In this document: positions 1 through 10,779 of the stretch, piece after piece
How positions within the stretch are numbered: the stretch's first letter is position 1
How the letters are laid out: every line of letters starts with the position of its first letter
Origin: Carcharhinus longimanus
Lineage: Eukaryota
DNA: 64,000 nt
Assembly: GCA_030264375.1 (NCBI GenBank)
Contig: JASCQW010000166.1
Span: 15,406,512-15,470,511, forward strand
Direction of reading: 5' to 3'
Notes under the pieces: generated by a model
Told to the model about the DNA's origin: nothing
Databases searched by the model: none
The model's input: the letters and a program-made list of their open reading frames with translations, nothing else
Translations under genes and position numbers: made by a program

Positions 1-725
1 TAGCCATTTCTAACAAGAGGGAATCTAATCACCTCTCCTTGCCGTTCAGTGCTATTACCATCACTGAGTTCCCTCATCAACAACATGGGAGTAATCATGG
101 AAAGAATCTTATGCAGAACAGCCAGATCAATGTTGTGGCTACAAGATTAGATCAGAAGTTGGGAATTCTGTGCTATGTGGCTTCTTGACTTTCCAAATCC
201 TGTCCACCATCAAGGCAGAAATCAGGAATATGATGAAATACTCTGCACTTTATGAGTGCAGCTCCAACAACACCTAAGAAGCTCAACACCATTCAGGACC
301 AAGTAACCTGCTTTATTGACACGCCATTCACCACCGCCATCATTTACTCCCTATAATAATGGCTATCGTGTGCACCATATCTACAAGATGCACTGGAGCA
401 GCTTCCCATGGCTCCTTCAACACCATGTTCCAAATCCACAACCTCTGCCAGTTAGAATGACAAGGGCAATGGATTGATGGGAATGCCTCCACCTGCATGT
501 TCCCCTCTGAGTTGCATACCATCTGCACTTGAAAATATACAGCCATTCCTTACACATTGCTAGGTCAAAATCCTTAAACTTCCTTTCTAACAACACGGAA
601 TGTACCTACACCACATGGACTGCACCGGTTCAAGAAGGCCATTCACCATCACTTTGTCAAGGTAATTGGCAATGGGCAATAAGTACTTACCTTCAAATGA
701 TACCTGTGGCCCATGTACAATTAAA
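1..725 (+). mobile_element. 3' fragment of a decayed non-LTR retrotransposon (CR1/L2 group)
   Basis: Decayed RT C-terminus (KAEIRNMMKYS...MSAAPTTPKKLNTIQDQ) and a 3' UTR closely similar to the copies at 11930-12520 and 19890-20195. Confidence 0.7.
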
Positions 726-2027
726 ATGCACTTTTCCCTGACCATGTGGAATGAGAAAAATTCAATTATTTGCACTAAGTACCTTGAAATAATTCTACTG
801 CACTTTGAAGTGATTGTGGATTCCCGGTTATAGAATAAAGCAAAGCTTCTGTCCAGAGTTGAGCAACACTATCTTGGGTTACTAGAGGTACAAACCTTTC
901 CTGCTCTGAAGTAGGAAGGAAGCTTCACAAATACAAATGGAGCTGGGGAAGAAGTGAGGTGGACTAGTAGACTAGTTTTTTTAAAATTAGATTCTGTGCA
1001 TTCAACTTCTCCATTCTTCACTTGAGAAGTTGCTATTCAATCTTCAAAACCACTCTAAAATGTCTTGAAATAAGCTTTTACATTACAGGATTTTTAAAAA
1101 ATATAAGTTGTTGTCAGCAATACTTGGAACAGGAAGGCACAACTTGGTTTAACAGAACTGTTTGAAAGTCAGGTTGAATGTTTATCTCTTTCTCTTCCAT
1201 CTGGTTTTCCTTTCCAGGCATTCTGTGAAAGACTTGCTGTGACCCTCCTTCAGTAATAACATTTAAAAAAATCATTGCCTCAAATACAATCATGAAAAGC
1301 AGTTGAATATTTCTTTAAATGTGCTTCAGTGTTCATTACTTAATGTTCTCCACGTCCAGGCTAACATCATAGGAATAGCAGCCTTGATTCATTAAACTAC
1401 ATTCACGAAGCAGTTTATTTCAATAATAATTTGAATCAGCAAATATTTGTTTTTTGTACATGATGTCATTTTCCACGTGCTATTTGGAGTTGGTTCACGC
1501 AGCATGGGGAAAGCCATGGGCAATGCTCTCTGCTGCTACACCAATCTAGAAGAAATGTCCTTGAGCACAAATAAAATTATGGAAAAAAAATGCCGGATGG
1601 ATCTGTGAAAACCAGCTTCTGACGACAGCACAGCTGCAATGTTTGGTGTGTCAGCCTGAGCTCTCTGCTGCTGCAAGAAATAAATTCATGTCATGATATC
1701 TGAACGAGCATGATTGCTCTTTCAAAGAGCCAGCACAAATTTATTCGAATGGCTGCCTTCTGTGTTGTACATTTCTGTGATTCTGCAATGGAAAAGGGTA
1801 GCGTTTATACGGCAAACCAGAGTCTTGGCTGACCATGCTGCTGCAGTTGGTGACCTCTAGTGGTGGAAATCCAGTAGATGTGGGATGTCAAAATGAGTCA
1901 CCTTTCTGCAAATTAAAAATGAAAAAAAAAGTCCAGATGAGCATTTTCTTTAATTTCAGAATTCTCCTCTGTTGTGAAGGAAAATGATAAAGCTTACCAT
2001 CAGTTTAGTCTGTTTCCCACTGACACA

Positions 2028-3765
2028 CACTTCCTTCAGTAGGTGGTGGACATAATGTTTTCACCCTGACTTGTCTGCAAACACAAATCTCAAAAACTAA
2101 TGGATGGATTTCAGTAAAAGTTGGTACACAAGGTATGTCCCAAAAAACCGATTTGTTTTTTATGCAAAGATACAGGTCTGTATGTGGAATGTTGTGAAGG
2201 ATCTGTTAACATTGGGAGATAAGGCAAATTGAATTGTTTTTCAGCATGTTGAAGGTTATTTTAGTTTTGGGGTTTTTTTTACTAATTGTTTTAGAATGTT
2301 ACAGATTGTAGGGCAATTTGCCACAGCTGTCAGAATGTGAGCAGAGTTTTCAGAGCAGGTTGTTGGATGTGGATTGGCTGAAATCTCCTTACCAAGGTGG
2401 AAGTGGGTAAAGTGCTGTGAACATTGCAGACTAGTCTCCGTTGCTTTCACAGACCTCAGCAAGGCCTTGACTTGAGACTTTGCAAACTGTTGCAGAGAAT
2501 AGGCTGCTGACCTGGACTCCTGTACATTATTTCTTCTTACCAAGAACACACAGTTTTGTCAGTTGCAATGGAGCATCATTGAAGGCTTTTTCAACACCAG
2601 CAGCAAAGGTAATGCAGTTGTGCATTCTGGTGCCAACTCTCTGGCAAAGTTTTCTCCAGACTGTTATTGTTCAGTTGGGCAACATAAATGACGATGTCTA
2701 CCTGCATGCCAGAGCCAACAGCAAGCTGTTCAACTGGCAAGACTGTCTCCAGAGACCAAAGTATGTGATGCCCTGGTGGCTGATGCTCTTTTGCTGATGA
2801 CACCGCACTGGCAGCTCATACTGAAGTTCACTTGTAGGTCACTTCTCCCAGGCCTGCAAGGAGTTTGGACTGACCATCAATTTTAGGAAGACCAAACTTG
2901 TGGGCCAGGATGTAGAGATTTCACCCTGTAGCAACATTGTATTGGTGACAGCTTCCAATACTTTGGCTCAACAATTATCAGTACCCTGTCCCTTGAAACT
3001 GAAATCAGCACAAGGATTGCCCAGGCCACTGGTCAAGGCTGGTATGGACCATAAGCAGACTAGCGGGGAATTTGAAGCTGTGTGCACTAGGCAGGTGTTC
3101 TCAGCACCCTCCTTTACACTAGAGGGGCATGGACAATGAAAAGTGTCTGGACAGGTTCCACCTTCATTACCTGAGATGAATAATGGGCATTGCTTAGCAA
3201 AACACAATGCTGAATATGGAAGTACACCAGTATGTCCGGGCCCCCAGCATGTTTACCTTCTTGTCAGTGTTGCTGGCTGTGTCGTGTAATCTGAATTGAT
3301 GACAGCTCATTGCAAAGACATACTCGATGTTGAGCTTTCTGTTGGCACAAGAACAACAGGTTGCCCATGTCTGTGATGTAAGGATGTCTACAAGCATGAC
3401 TCCAAGTTGATTGGAATTGGTGTTTGTGAAGCCCTTGCTGCTGACTGGTGTGCCTGGAGTCAAGTTGGAACAGTGTGGAAAACAAAGAAATGACCAGGTG
3501 ACACACAAAAGAACCTGCTGGAAAAAGAAAATCACAGTCACTCTTGGGCCAACTCTGTTCAGGTGTTCCAGCTGTGGAAGGGACTGTTGCAGCAAACCAT
3601 ATTCAGTACAGAAGTGACAGAGACCCTGGGCACAGTCCATCACTTCACAAGATGGGCAGACGCCATAATAAAATTACAGAGCATCAACCAGGAAGTGAAA
3701 AGCCTGAAGTAAGAGCTGTGTAATTTTGTGGCAGAGGTATGTGTTCTACTGAGTGCTCTCTTGTT
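2028..3765 (+). mobile_element. Non-autonomous Helentron/HINE-like element interrupted by an RTE insertion
   Basis: The 5' part (taatgttttcaccc...ctcaaaaactaatggatggatttcagtaaaagttggtacaca) and 3' end (ggcagaggtatgtgttctactgagtgctctcttgtt) resemble fish HINE/DINE-like ends, judged from recall. Confidence 0.45.
2320..3668 (+). mobile_element. RTE-clade LINE, decayed 3' portion
   Basis: Frameshifted RT motifs: DDVYLHARANSKLFN, LFADDTALAAHTE, QACKEFGLTIN. Also a C-terminal CSSCGRDC zinc knuckle and an RTE-like 3' end. Confidence 0.75.
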
Positions 3766-5009
3766 GGATCTATATCTCTGCTCATCAGTTGCTCCAGTGA
3801 TGTGTACTTTGTGCAGTGTGTTTCCTTTGTTCTTGGGCAACTGGACAGCAACTCTTTGACAGTGCTAGTTGTCAATATCACAGCAGTGACAGAGGTCATA
3901 ACCAGTTCTCAATGCTGTCAGGCAAGTTTAATAATTTATTCTGTCTTTAAATTTGCTTTCTCTCTCCAGAAGACTGCAAAATGCCCTGAGTTTACCTTCT
4001 TATGGTTGTCTATGCATAGATGATGTCAATTATTATTATCCATTCTACAGATTAACTATGTAAAAGTGTCAAGAATGCAGATTGGGATATAGAAATATAG
4101 AGAAATGACATGAGTTAACTAAGTTGTCGCAAGGCTAGTTCCTTTAATTTTCAAAATATGATTCTCAAAATTTTGACTGAATGGAGATTTAGCAAATTGA
4201 AATGAGCCAGAACTACATAAAAATGCAAACGCACCTTGAAGACGAAGGTGAAAAGGCAAACAGGATACCCTCTAGAGTGCGAAGTGGGAGACATTTCCTA
4301 TAATTTGAAGACCCATCAAAACTCTGAACTGTTGGAGGATGAGATAATAAAATCTAAAGTGCTGGATATTGAAGCAGTGGTGCCACAGACAGACCCACCC
4401 AAAACCCCTCAGCAGTGCACAATGGGTGAAGTGTAACCAGCCAGGCTGCAGCCATTAAGAGAGCTTGCAACATAAACTTCAGTGAAAGAAATGAGCTGAA
4501 AGCACCTCTCTCTATCTCTCCCTGTCCCTGTGTCTTGGAACATTTGTACAACCTGATTTGGGAGCAATCCAACTTAGAAATCTACCAGTGAACTAAAATC
4601 TTGGGATTGATGCCTGGGAAGCCCTTGCTGCCGACGAGAGTGCCTGGAGTCAAGTTAGAAGTTGGATAAACTTTTTGTCGCGATGAACTGAGGAGGCTGA
4701 ATTGAGGGGAGCTAGTTCACCCCTTACCCGGCCAGAAAGTTGTGCAGGCATCATCACATTGCAAATGTAGAGAATCAATATGTCTTTGTACATAAGACAC
4801 TTTTGTTCCATTCCTATTTTTGAAACCACGACCACATGGGAAATGGATGGCTTTTCAGAGGGAGAACAACTATTGTACAGAAGAATAAAAGAAGATAAAG
4901 TGAAGGATGTTAGGGGGACCAAAGCTGTAGATGGGTGGGACTCAATGTTAAGCTTGCAATTACCATGCATTAAATTTGTTACAACACTTATGAATATACT
5001 TAGTAAGAT

Positions 5010-5415
5010 GTCTCACAACACCAGGTTAAAATCCAACAGGTTTATTTGGTAGCACAAGCCATGAGCTTTCGGAGCACTGCCCTTTCATCGGGTGGATTTC
5101 AGTTCAGAAGCAGGGCATATAAAAATACAAATTCAATTTACAAAATAATGGTTGGAATGCGGGTCTTTACAGATAATCAAGTCTTCAAGGTACAAACAGT
5201 GTGAGTGGAGAGGGCGTTAAGCACAGGTTAAAGAGATGTGTATTGTCTCTAGACAAGAGAGTTAGCGAGGCAAGCCTGCTTGCAAAATAAAATCTCACTC
5301 ACCTGATGAAGGGGCAACACTCCAAAAACTAGTGGCCTGTGCTACCAAATAAATGGTGTTGTGAGTCTTCTGACTTTGTTTACCTCAGTCCAATGCCAGC
5401 ATCTCCACATCGTGA
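5010..5415. mobile_element. Penelope-like remnant with inverted terminal arms
   Basis: ctcacaacaccagg...tttatttggtagcacaagcca...ttcatcgggtg (5012-5095) is mirrored by cacctgatgaa...gtgctaccaaataaa..ggtgttgtgag (5298-5366). Same family as 36043-36312. Confidence 0.55.
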
Positions 5416-5507
5416 GTATACTTAGGTCAGAATGTAAACTTTGCAGGGAATGCAACCTGTGCTATGTAATGAGGAGAATAGTAACATGATCTTTGAGTTA
5501 AAATATC

Positions 5508-5735
5508 AACTTGGCTCAGTGGTAGCAGTATAATCGCCAAGTCAGAAGGTTGTAGGTTCAAATCCCACTTCAGAAATTGGAACGTAAAAGCTTGGCTGGC
5601 ACTTCACCACAGTGCTGTTATGGTTGAGGCTTTTAACTGGGTTCCTGTGACTGTACTGGGTGTATATATAAAATTCCATTTCAAAGATGAACATGTGAAT
5701 TCTCCTTGTGTTCTGGCCAACATTTAACTCCACCA
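5508..5735 (+). mobile_element. tRNA-derived SINE fragment (DeuSINE/SacSINE1-like head)
   Basis: A box tggctcagtggt and B box ggttcaaatccc, followed by ctccttgtgttctggccaacattta, which resembles the Deu domain. Confidence 0.55.
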
Positions 5736-6877
5736 GGTTTTTCCATAATTTCTATTTTGCAGGGACACGGCTGTGTATTATACAGGGACGGTAGAGGCTT
5801 ACGGCAGCAAGAAGCAGGAAAGCTGTTCAAGGAGAGCTGATAATGTCAGAGGCTGATTTGAACCTCTGACATACTGTGGGATGTAGCAAGTGCTGTCTGT
5901 CAGTAGAAAGGCAATATGGAGGAGTGCACTGCTGTCTGGTTTGTGATGGTGCATATTACTGTCAAGATGTTCTCACCAGTGTTGGCATTTCTGGAAGCCT
6001 CCCTTCTAGAATTGTGTGTTTATTATTTGTCTTTCAAAGCCCAGTAACAGTACAAATGTCTTTGCTGTAATCTTGGGAGTTCTTAATCCACTTGCAAATT
6101 GATGGATGATAATGTGATGATCAAGAAGGAGGCAGATGATTAAATCCTGAGAACTCTAATGACTGAGGCGGAGATGGATGTGTTGAAAAACCCTTCCTTC
6201 TTTGACTGAACTTCCCTCCATTGCATAAACTTGCTTTGAAGAACACAAGTTGGGTTGACAGTCAACATTGAAGTCTGCAGAGCTACTCTCAAAATGTTTT
6301 ACTATTTCATGTGTAGCAGACAACCACTATGACATGGCCCTTGCTTCAGACCCAGAGTACATAAAGGATAACTGTCTGTTTTCACTGTTCTGCTGTTTCA
6401 GAACTGATGTGTGTCTTGATATGATTATCGGGTTGACAGTTTGTTGATATCTTAAATTTTGATCTTTTAGTTACAATTTTTGAATTATAATGGTGAGACT
6501 TCAAAAATGAATAGCAGTGAGCAAGTGAAAAAGACACCTAATAAAGAAACCTTTTATTTGATCATTGACTGCAGTATTATTTTTGAGATGGATCTTCTGG
6601 GTTCATGCCATGACTTGGTTTAAGATGTAAAACTGTTAATCTTGAGTGGCTGTTTGTCTGCCTTGCTTAGCGAACTATCCAGATTGTATGCCAACTGCCA
6701 CACAAAACCGGGGTGTCCCCAGAACTCTTATGCAAACTATACTTAGGTTTGAGTTGTTAAGTTAGTTGATGATATTTATCTCTTCACCACGCCGGTGTTC
6801 CATTTGGCATCTGTGTAAGTGCTGAATCGCAGCAAAGCAGCTCTTGAAAATAAACTTTTGCTTTCTTATGTCAACAG

Positions 6878-6986
6878 CCCCGTGCGGAGCCAATTCCAAT
6901 CTGTGGGTTTTGTCTGGGTACAAAAGAGCAGAATCGCGAGAAGAAACGTGAGGAATTAATTTCGTGTGCAGACTGTGGTAATAGTG
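6878..6986 (+). CDS. KAT6A: KAT6A coding exon (equivalent to human exon 3), first half of PHD1
   Basis: Acceptor tcaacag, donor gtaagt, 109 nt. Translates [37 protein letters not shown], matching MOZ PHD1 (TKEQNREKK is KAT6A-type). Confidence 0.97.
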
Positions 6987-7344
6987 GTAAGTACTTCTCT
7001 CAACATTTAAATCATTTGGTTGAATTTTCATAGAGCAAGTTCAAGTTGTTAGTTGAATGATTTTTTTGAGGCTCCACAGACTCTCTGTGGAAGGACATGT
7101 CAAATCTTGTGCAATGATAGTCTGCTTTATATGGATTATGAAGATTGAGGTGTGTGTGATTTGAATGAGCAACAAATTCACTGGTTTCTGTTGGTGCCAG
7201 GAGTCCATAACAGATAGAATAAGTGATTGAGTGAACCAGTCTACTACTTGGATAAGGGCAACTAATGTTTCAAAACTAAAGGCCAGCAAAATAAAGTATA
7301 TTTTTAAAATGTTTATTCGTGACTACTAATATTTAGTTAGGGGA

Positions 7345-7695
7345 GGCTTGGTAGCATAGTGGTTAGCACTGCTATGTTACAGTGCCAGGGACCTGGGTTC
7401 AGTTCCAGCCTTGGGTGACTGTCTGTGGAGTCTGCATATTTTCCCTGTGTCTGTGTGGGTTTCCTCCGGGTGCTCCGGTTTCCCCCCACAGTCCAAAGAT
7501 GTGCTGGTTCGGTTGATTGGCCATGCTAAACTGCCCCTTGTGTCGTAGGATGTGTGGGTCGGGGGAATTGGCTGGGTAAATATTTGGGGTTATGGGCATA
7601 GGGCCTGAGTAAGATGCTCTGTCAGCGGGTCGATGCAGACTCGATGGGCCGAGTGGCAGGTAGCCTCTTGCACTGTCAGGATTTATTCTGTGATT
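7345..7695 (+). mobile_element. HE1-type elasmobranch V-SINE, near full length
   Basis: tRNA head (agtggttagcactgct..gggttcagttcc), V-domain (gggtttcctccgggtgctccggtttcc.cccacagtccaaagatgtgc) and CR1-derived tail (gatgggccgagtgg..gcactgt). Confidence 0.85.
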
Positions 7696-7837
7696 CGATG
7701 CAAAGAGTTTTGAAACCAAGTTCATCAGTGTGACTTTTGGCATGCTTTGTTTACAACTATTTATGTGAAAGTTGTATTTTTCTTCGAATGCCCCTCATTC
7801 TCTCTGACCCCATCTTTATCTCTTTGCAATATTTAAA

Positions 7838-8145
7838 AATTCATTTGTGAGACATGGGTGTTGATGGCCAACAATTTCCCTCCTAGTTGCCATTGGAGGG
7901 AAGTTGAGAGTCAACCACATGGCTATGGCTCTGGAGGCACATATGGGCTAGACGAGGTAAGGATGGCAGATTTCCCTCCCTAAAGGACATTAGTGAACCA
8001 GAGGGGTTTTTCCAACAATGGTTTCATGGTCATCAGTAGATTCTTAATTCCAGATTTTTTTTCAACTGAATTCAAATTCCACCATCTGCTATGCTGGATT
8101 CAAACCCAGGTCCCCAGAACATTTGCTGTGTTTCTGGATTAATCT
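7838..8145 (-). mobile_element. tRNA-headed SINE whose head and tail match the LINE at 10780-12520
   Basis: The reverse complement has a B box (gggtttgaatcc), ctggttcactaatgtccttta and a tail acccatgtctcacaaatgaa, all shared with 10795-10980 and 12470-12520. Confidence 0.65.
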
Positions 8146-8749
8146 TCCCATTTAATCCACTTGTCATTTGCAATTATTTCCTGTCTCTTTGTATCTCACC
8201 TTCCCTTTCCCTTGTTCATTTCTCCTTCCTTTTCTCATTTCTGTTTGCTTGTTTCCCCTTTCCGATTACCCTTCTCCCTTCATCATTCCCTCTCCAACTT
8301 TTGACATTTCGTCTTTGTTCCCTTTCTTTTTTCTGTCTTGTTTTCCTCATACTGCGCCTCCATTTCTAACTTATTCCTTCACTGTAATTCATAACTTCAA
8401 TCTAGCCTTGTTCTTTTACTTGCCTTCAAATTATAATCCCCTGTGACAGAAATGGTGGTTCAGAGAGCTAAAGAAACATTGAAACTTCTCTCCCTGAGTA
8501 TTGATTTAATTGCAATCAAGCCATTTATATGTATTTTTGCAGATTTGTTCTTGATAAGGTTAAAATTTTTGGGCAATAGAAGTCCTGATTCCTGGATCAG
8601 TGTTTGGAATTGGTTGAGAGAAGGGACCCATTGCGAACAAAAGCAGAATGGCCAGAACATTGTGATGATGGGCAGGAGAGTGGATCAACTGGTGACCAGT
8701 GATTCACACAAAATGCACACAAGAATTCGGAGCAGGGGGTAATGTGTCT

Positions 8750-9590
8750 AATTCAGCCTTAAGTGTATTCAATGATACAGTCTTACTGACCTCTGAGGAA
8801 GAGCATTCAACAGACGAACCGACCCTGTGAGAGGAAATATTTCTCCTTGTCTTCACCTCGAGAGGGAGACCCCTTTTTAAACTGTGTCTCCTTGTTGGAA
8901 TCTCTCTCACCAATGGCAATAACTGCTTACCATCCGCCCTGTCAATTTCCCCCAGGATCTTGTCTGTTTCAATAAAATAACAGCTCATTTTTCTTAACTC
9001 CAGTAGGTACAGACCCAGCTATTTCAAAGTTGTCTTAAAGATAACCCCCTTATCCAAATCAGTCAAGTGTGCATTCTCTGAGCTGCTTCAAATGCAGCTG
9101 TATCCTCGTACTCTAGGTATGATCTCACCCACACTCTGTACACCTAAAATAAAATGTTTTCACTTTTATCAAAAGAGAAAATACTGGACAATTTCAGCAG
9201 GTCTGGCAGCATCTGTGAGGAGATGCTGTTTACAGGTGCTGCCAGACCTGCTGAGATTTTCCAGCATTTTCTCTTTCGGCTTCAGGTTCCAGCATCTGCA
9301 GTAATTTGCTTTTATTTCTTATTTTTATATTCCACTCTCCGAATGATAACATGCTGTTTGCCTTCCTGGTAACTTGCTGTACCTGCACACTAACCTTTCG
9401 TGATTCACGTGCCACAGAATTCTGCAATCTCTCTCCATTTAAACAGTATAATGCTTTCTGATTGATGCTGCCAGTTTTACAAGTCCATGCTTTCCCACAT
9501 TATACTCTGTGCCAGATTTTTTGCCCAGTCAGTTAACCCGTCCGTATACATTCACAGACTCCATATGTCCTCTTCGCAAGCCTACGGATC
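8750..9590 (-). mobile_element. CR1/HER1 LINE fragment (RT 3' part)
   Basis: The minus frame gives ETDKILGEIDRADGKQLLPLVREIPTRRHSLK..TRRNISSHRV, the CR1 ORF2 C-terminus. Interrupted by a hairpin element. Confidence 0.75.
9170..9312. repeat. Palindromic Penelope-derived/MITE-like hairpin
   Basis: aaagagaaaatactggacaatttcagcaggtctggcagcatctgt pairs with acaggtgctgccagacctgctgagattttccagcattttctcttt: about 45-bp arms and a loop of about 15 nt. Confidence 0.7.
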
Positions 9591-10779
9591 TTGTGTGACG
9601 GGTGGTGATGTTTCAGGTCCTATCTGTCTAACAGGGTTTGAATCAAAGAGAATATTTGACTGGACACAGAATGGTGCCACGTGTTTGTGTCTTGGCTGTG
9701 GTTGTGGAAGCTGGGTTTCCATTTGAAGATAGGTTAACTGCCTCCCCCCCCCACTGAGTGACCTCTATATTACGAGTTGTGATTTAGGATCTGGCCCGAT
9801 TCTTCAGGCTGGGATTGGATAAATTGAAACTGGCAAAGGGTGAGCAGGACAGGAGAGCTTGACTGACTGCATGGCTGCCATAACTGGGACGGTGAGGCAG
9901 CTTGAGTAGCAAACTATAATGCGCTCGAGCAGGAAAGTTCAAACAGATATGTCCAGCTGTGGGGAGCTGGTGGGGGGAATTGCAGGCCCCAGAACTGATG
10001 GGGATCCCTTGAAGGAATCTTCAACTGAATTTAAATTGAAGGAGGTGAAATGTTTACCTGGCAATGTGGAGCTGTGGTTGGAGCAGAGCTTGGCATTTGG
10101 AACATTGGGTGCCTGCAAAACAATTAATAATAATTCAACTGAAAAGCACTTTGGTGTATTAAACCAGGGGTGGGTGCTGTAGTTCTAAACTTGTTCTTTC
10201 TGTTTGAACATTTATAAGTCACAGCACAGATAAGTAGGCAAATAGGAAGTGCATGTTAGATGCAGGATACACATAATTTATTTGCTGGGTCTCTGTAAAC
10301 AAGGAAGACTGCTGTTTCGTTCAGCTTGATTGGGTCCTTTGTTAGATTGTGTGACTTAAATTGAAGCTATAAGAACCTACTTCAGTCGCAGGGGATTTGC
10401 GTGCAGCTCTGGAGATGCAAGTTATCTGTTACTTTCATAACTCTATGTTTCTTTCAAGCCAGCAGAGCTTGCATCACAGGTCTTTTTTGTTTGCCTGTGA
10501 AACATTTTATTCTGCTTCAACCTTGTTGAATGAAACAGCTCTAATTCAAGTGAAGATGTCAGTTTATGTTGCTCCCTCATGATTAACCCGAGATGAATGC
10601 AGCAACGTATTCCTGTTGTTGGAAATCACAGGCTGGAATGTTGGAACATTTTATTTGTTGATTAATACTTTTGCCTTCTACTCTTGAACAGATTCAAAGT
10701 AAAGTAACTCTTCAAAGAGATCCTTTTTGAGAAATATCATGGTTTTAGTTCACCATTGTATGATTGGAGTAGGTCATGA

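Noticed and set aside
5842-5872. Hairpin atgtcagagg-N10-cctctgacat
   Set aside because: A 10-bp stem is expected by chance and is too short for a pre-miRNA.
7345-7420. tRNA genes at SINE heads (also 5510, 31246, 53320, 56255, 59030)
   Set aside because: The A/B boxes run on into SINE bodies, and no complete cloverleaf is evident.
8091-8446. Hydrophobic Phe/Leu/Ser-rich ORFs (also 62241-62492)
   Set aside because: Produced by low-complexity polypyrimidine sequence; not membrane proteins.
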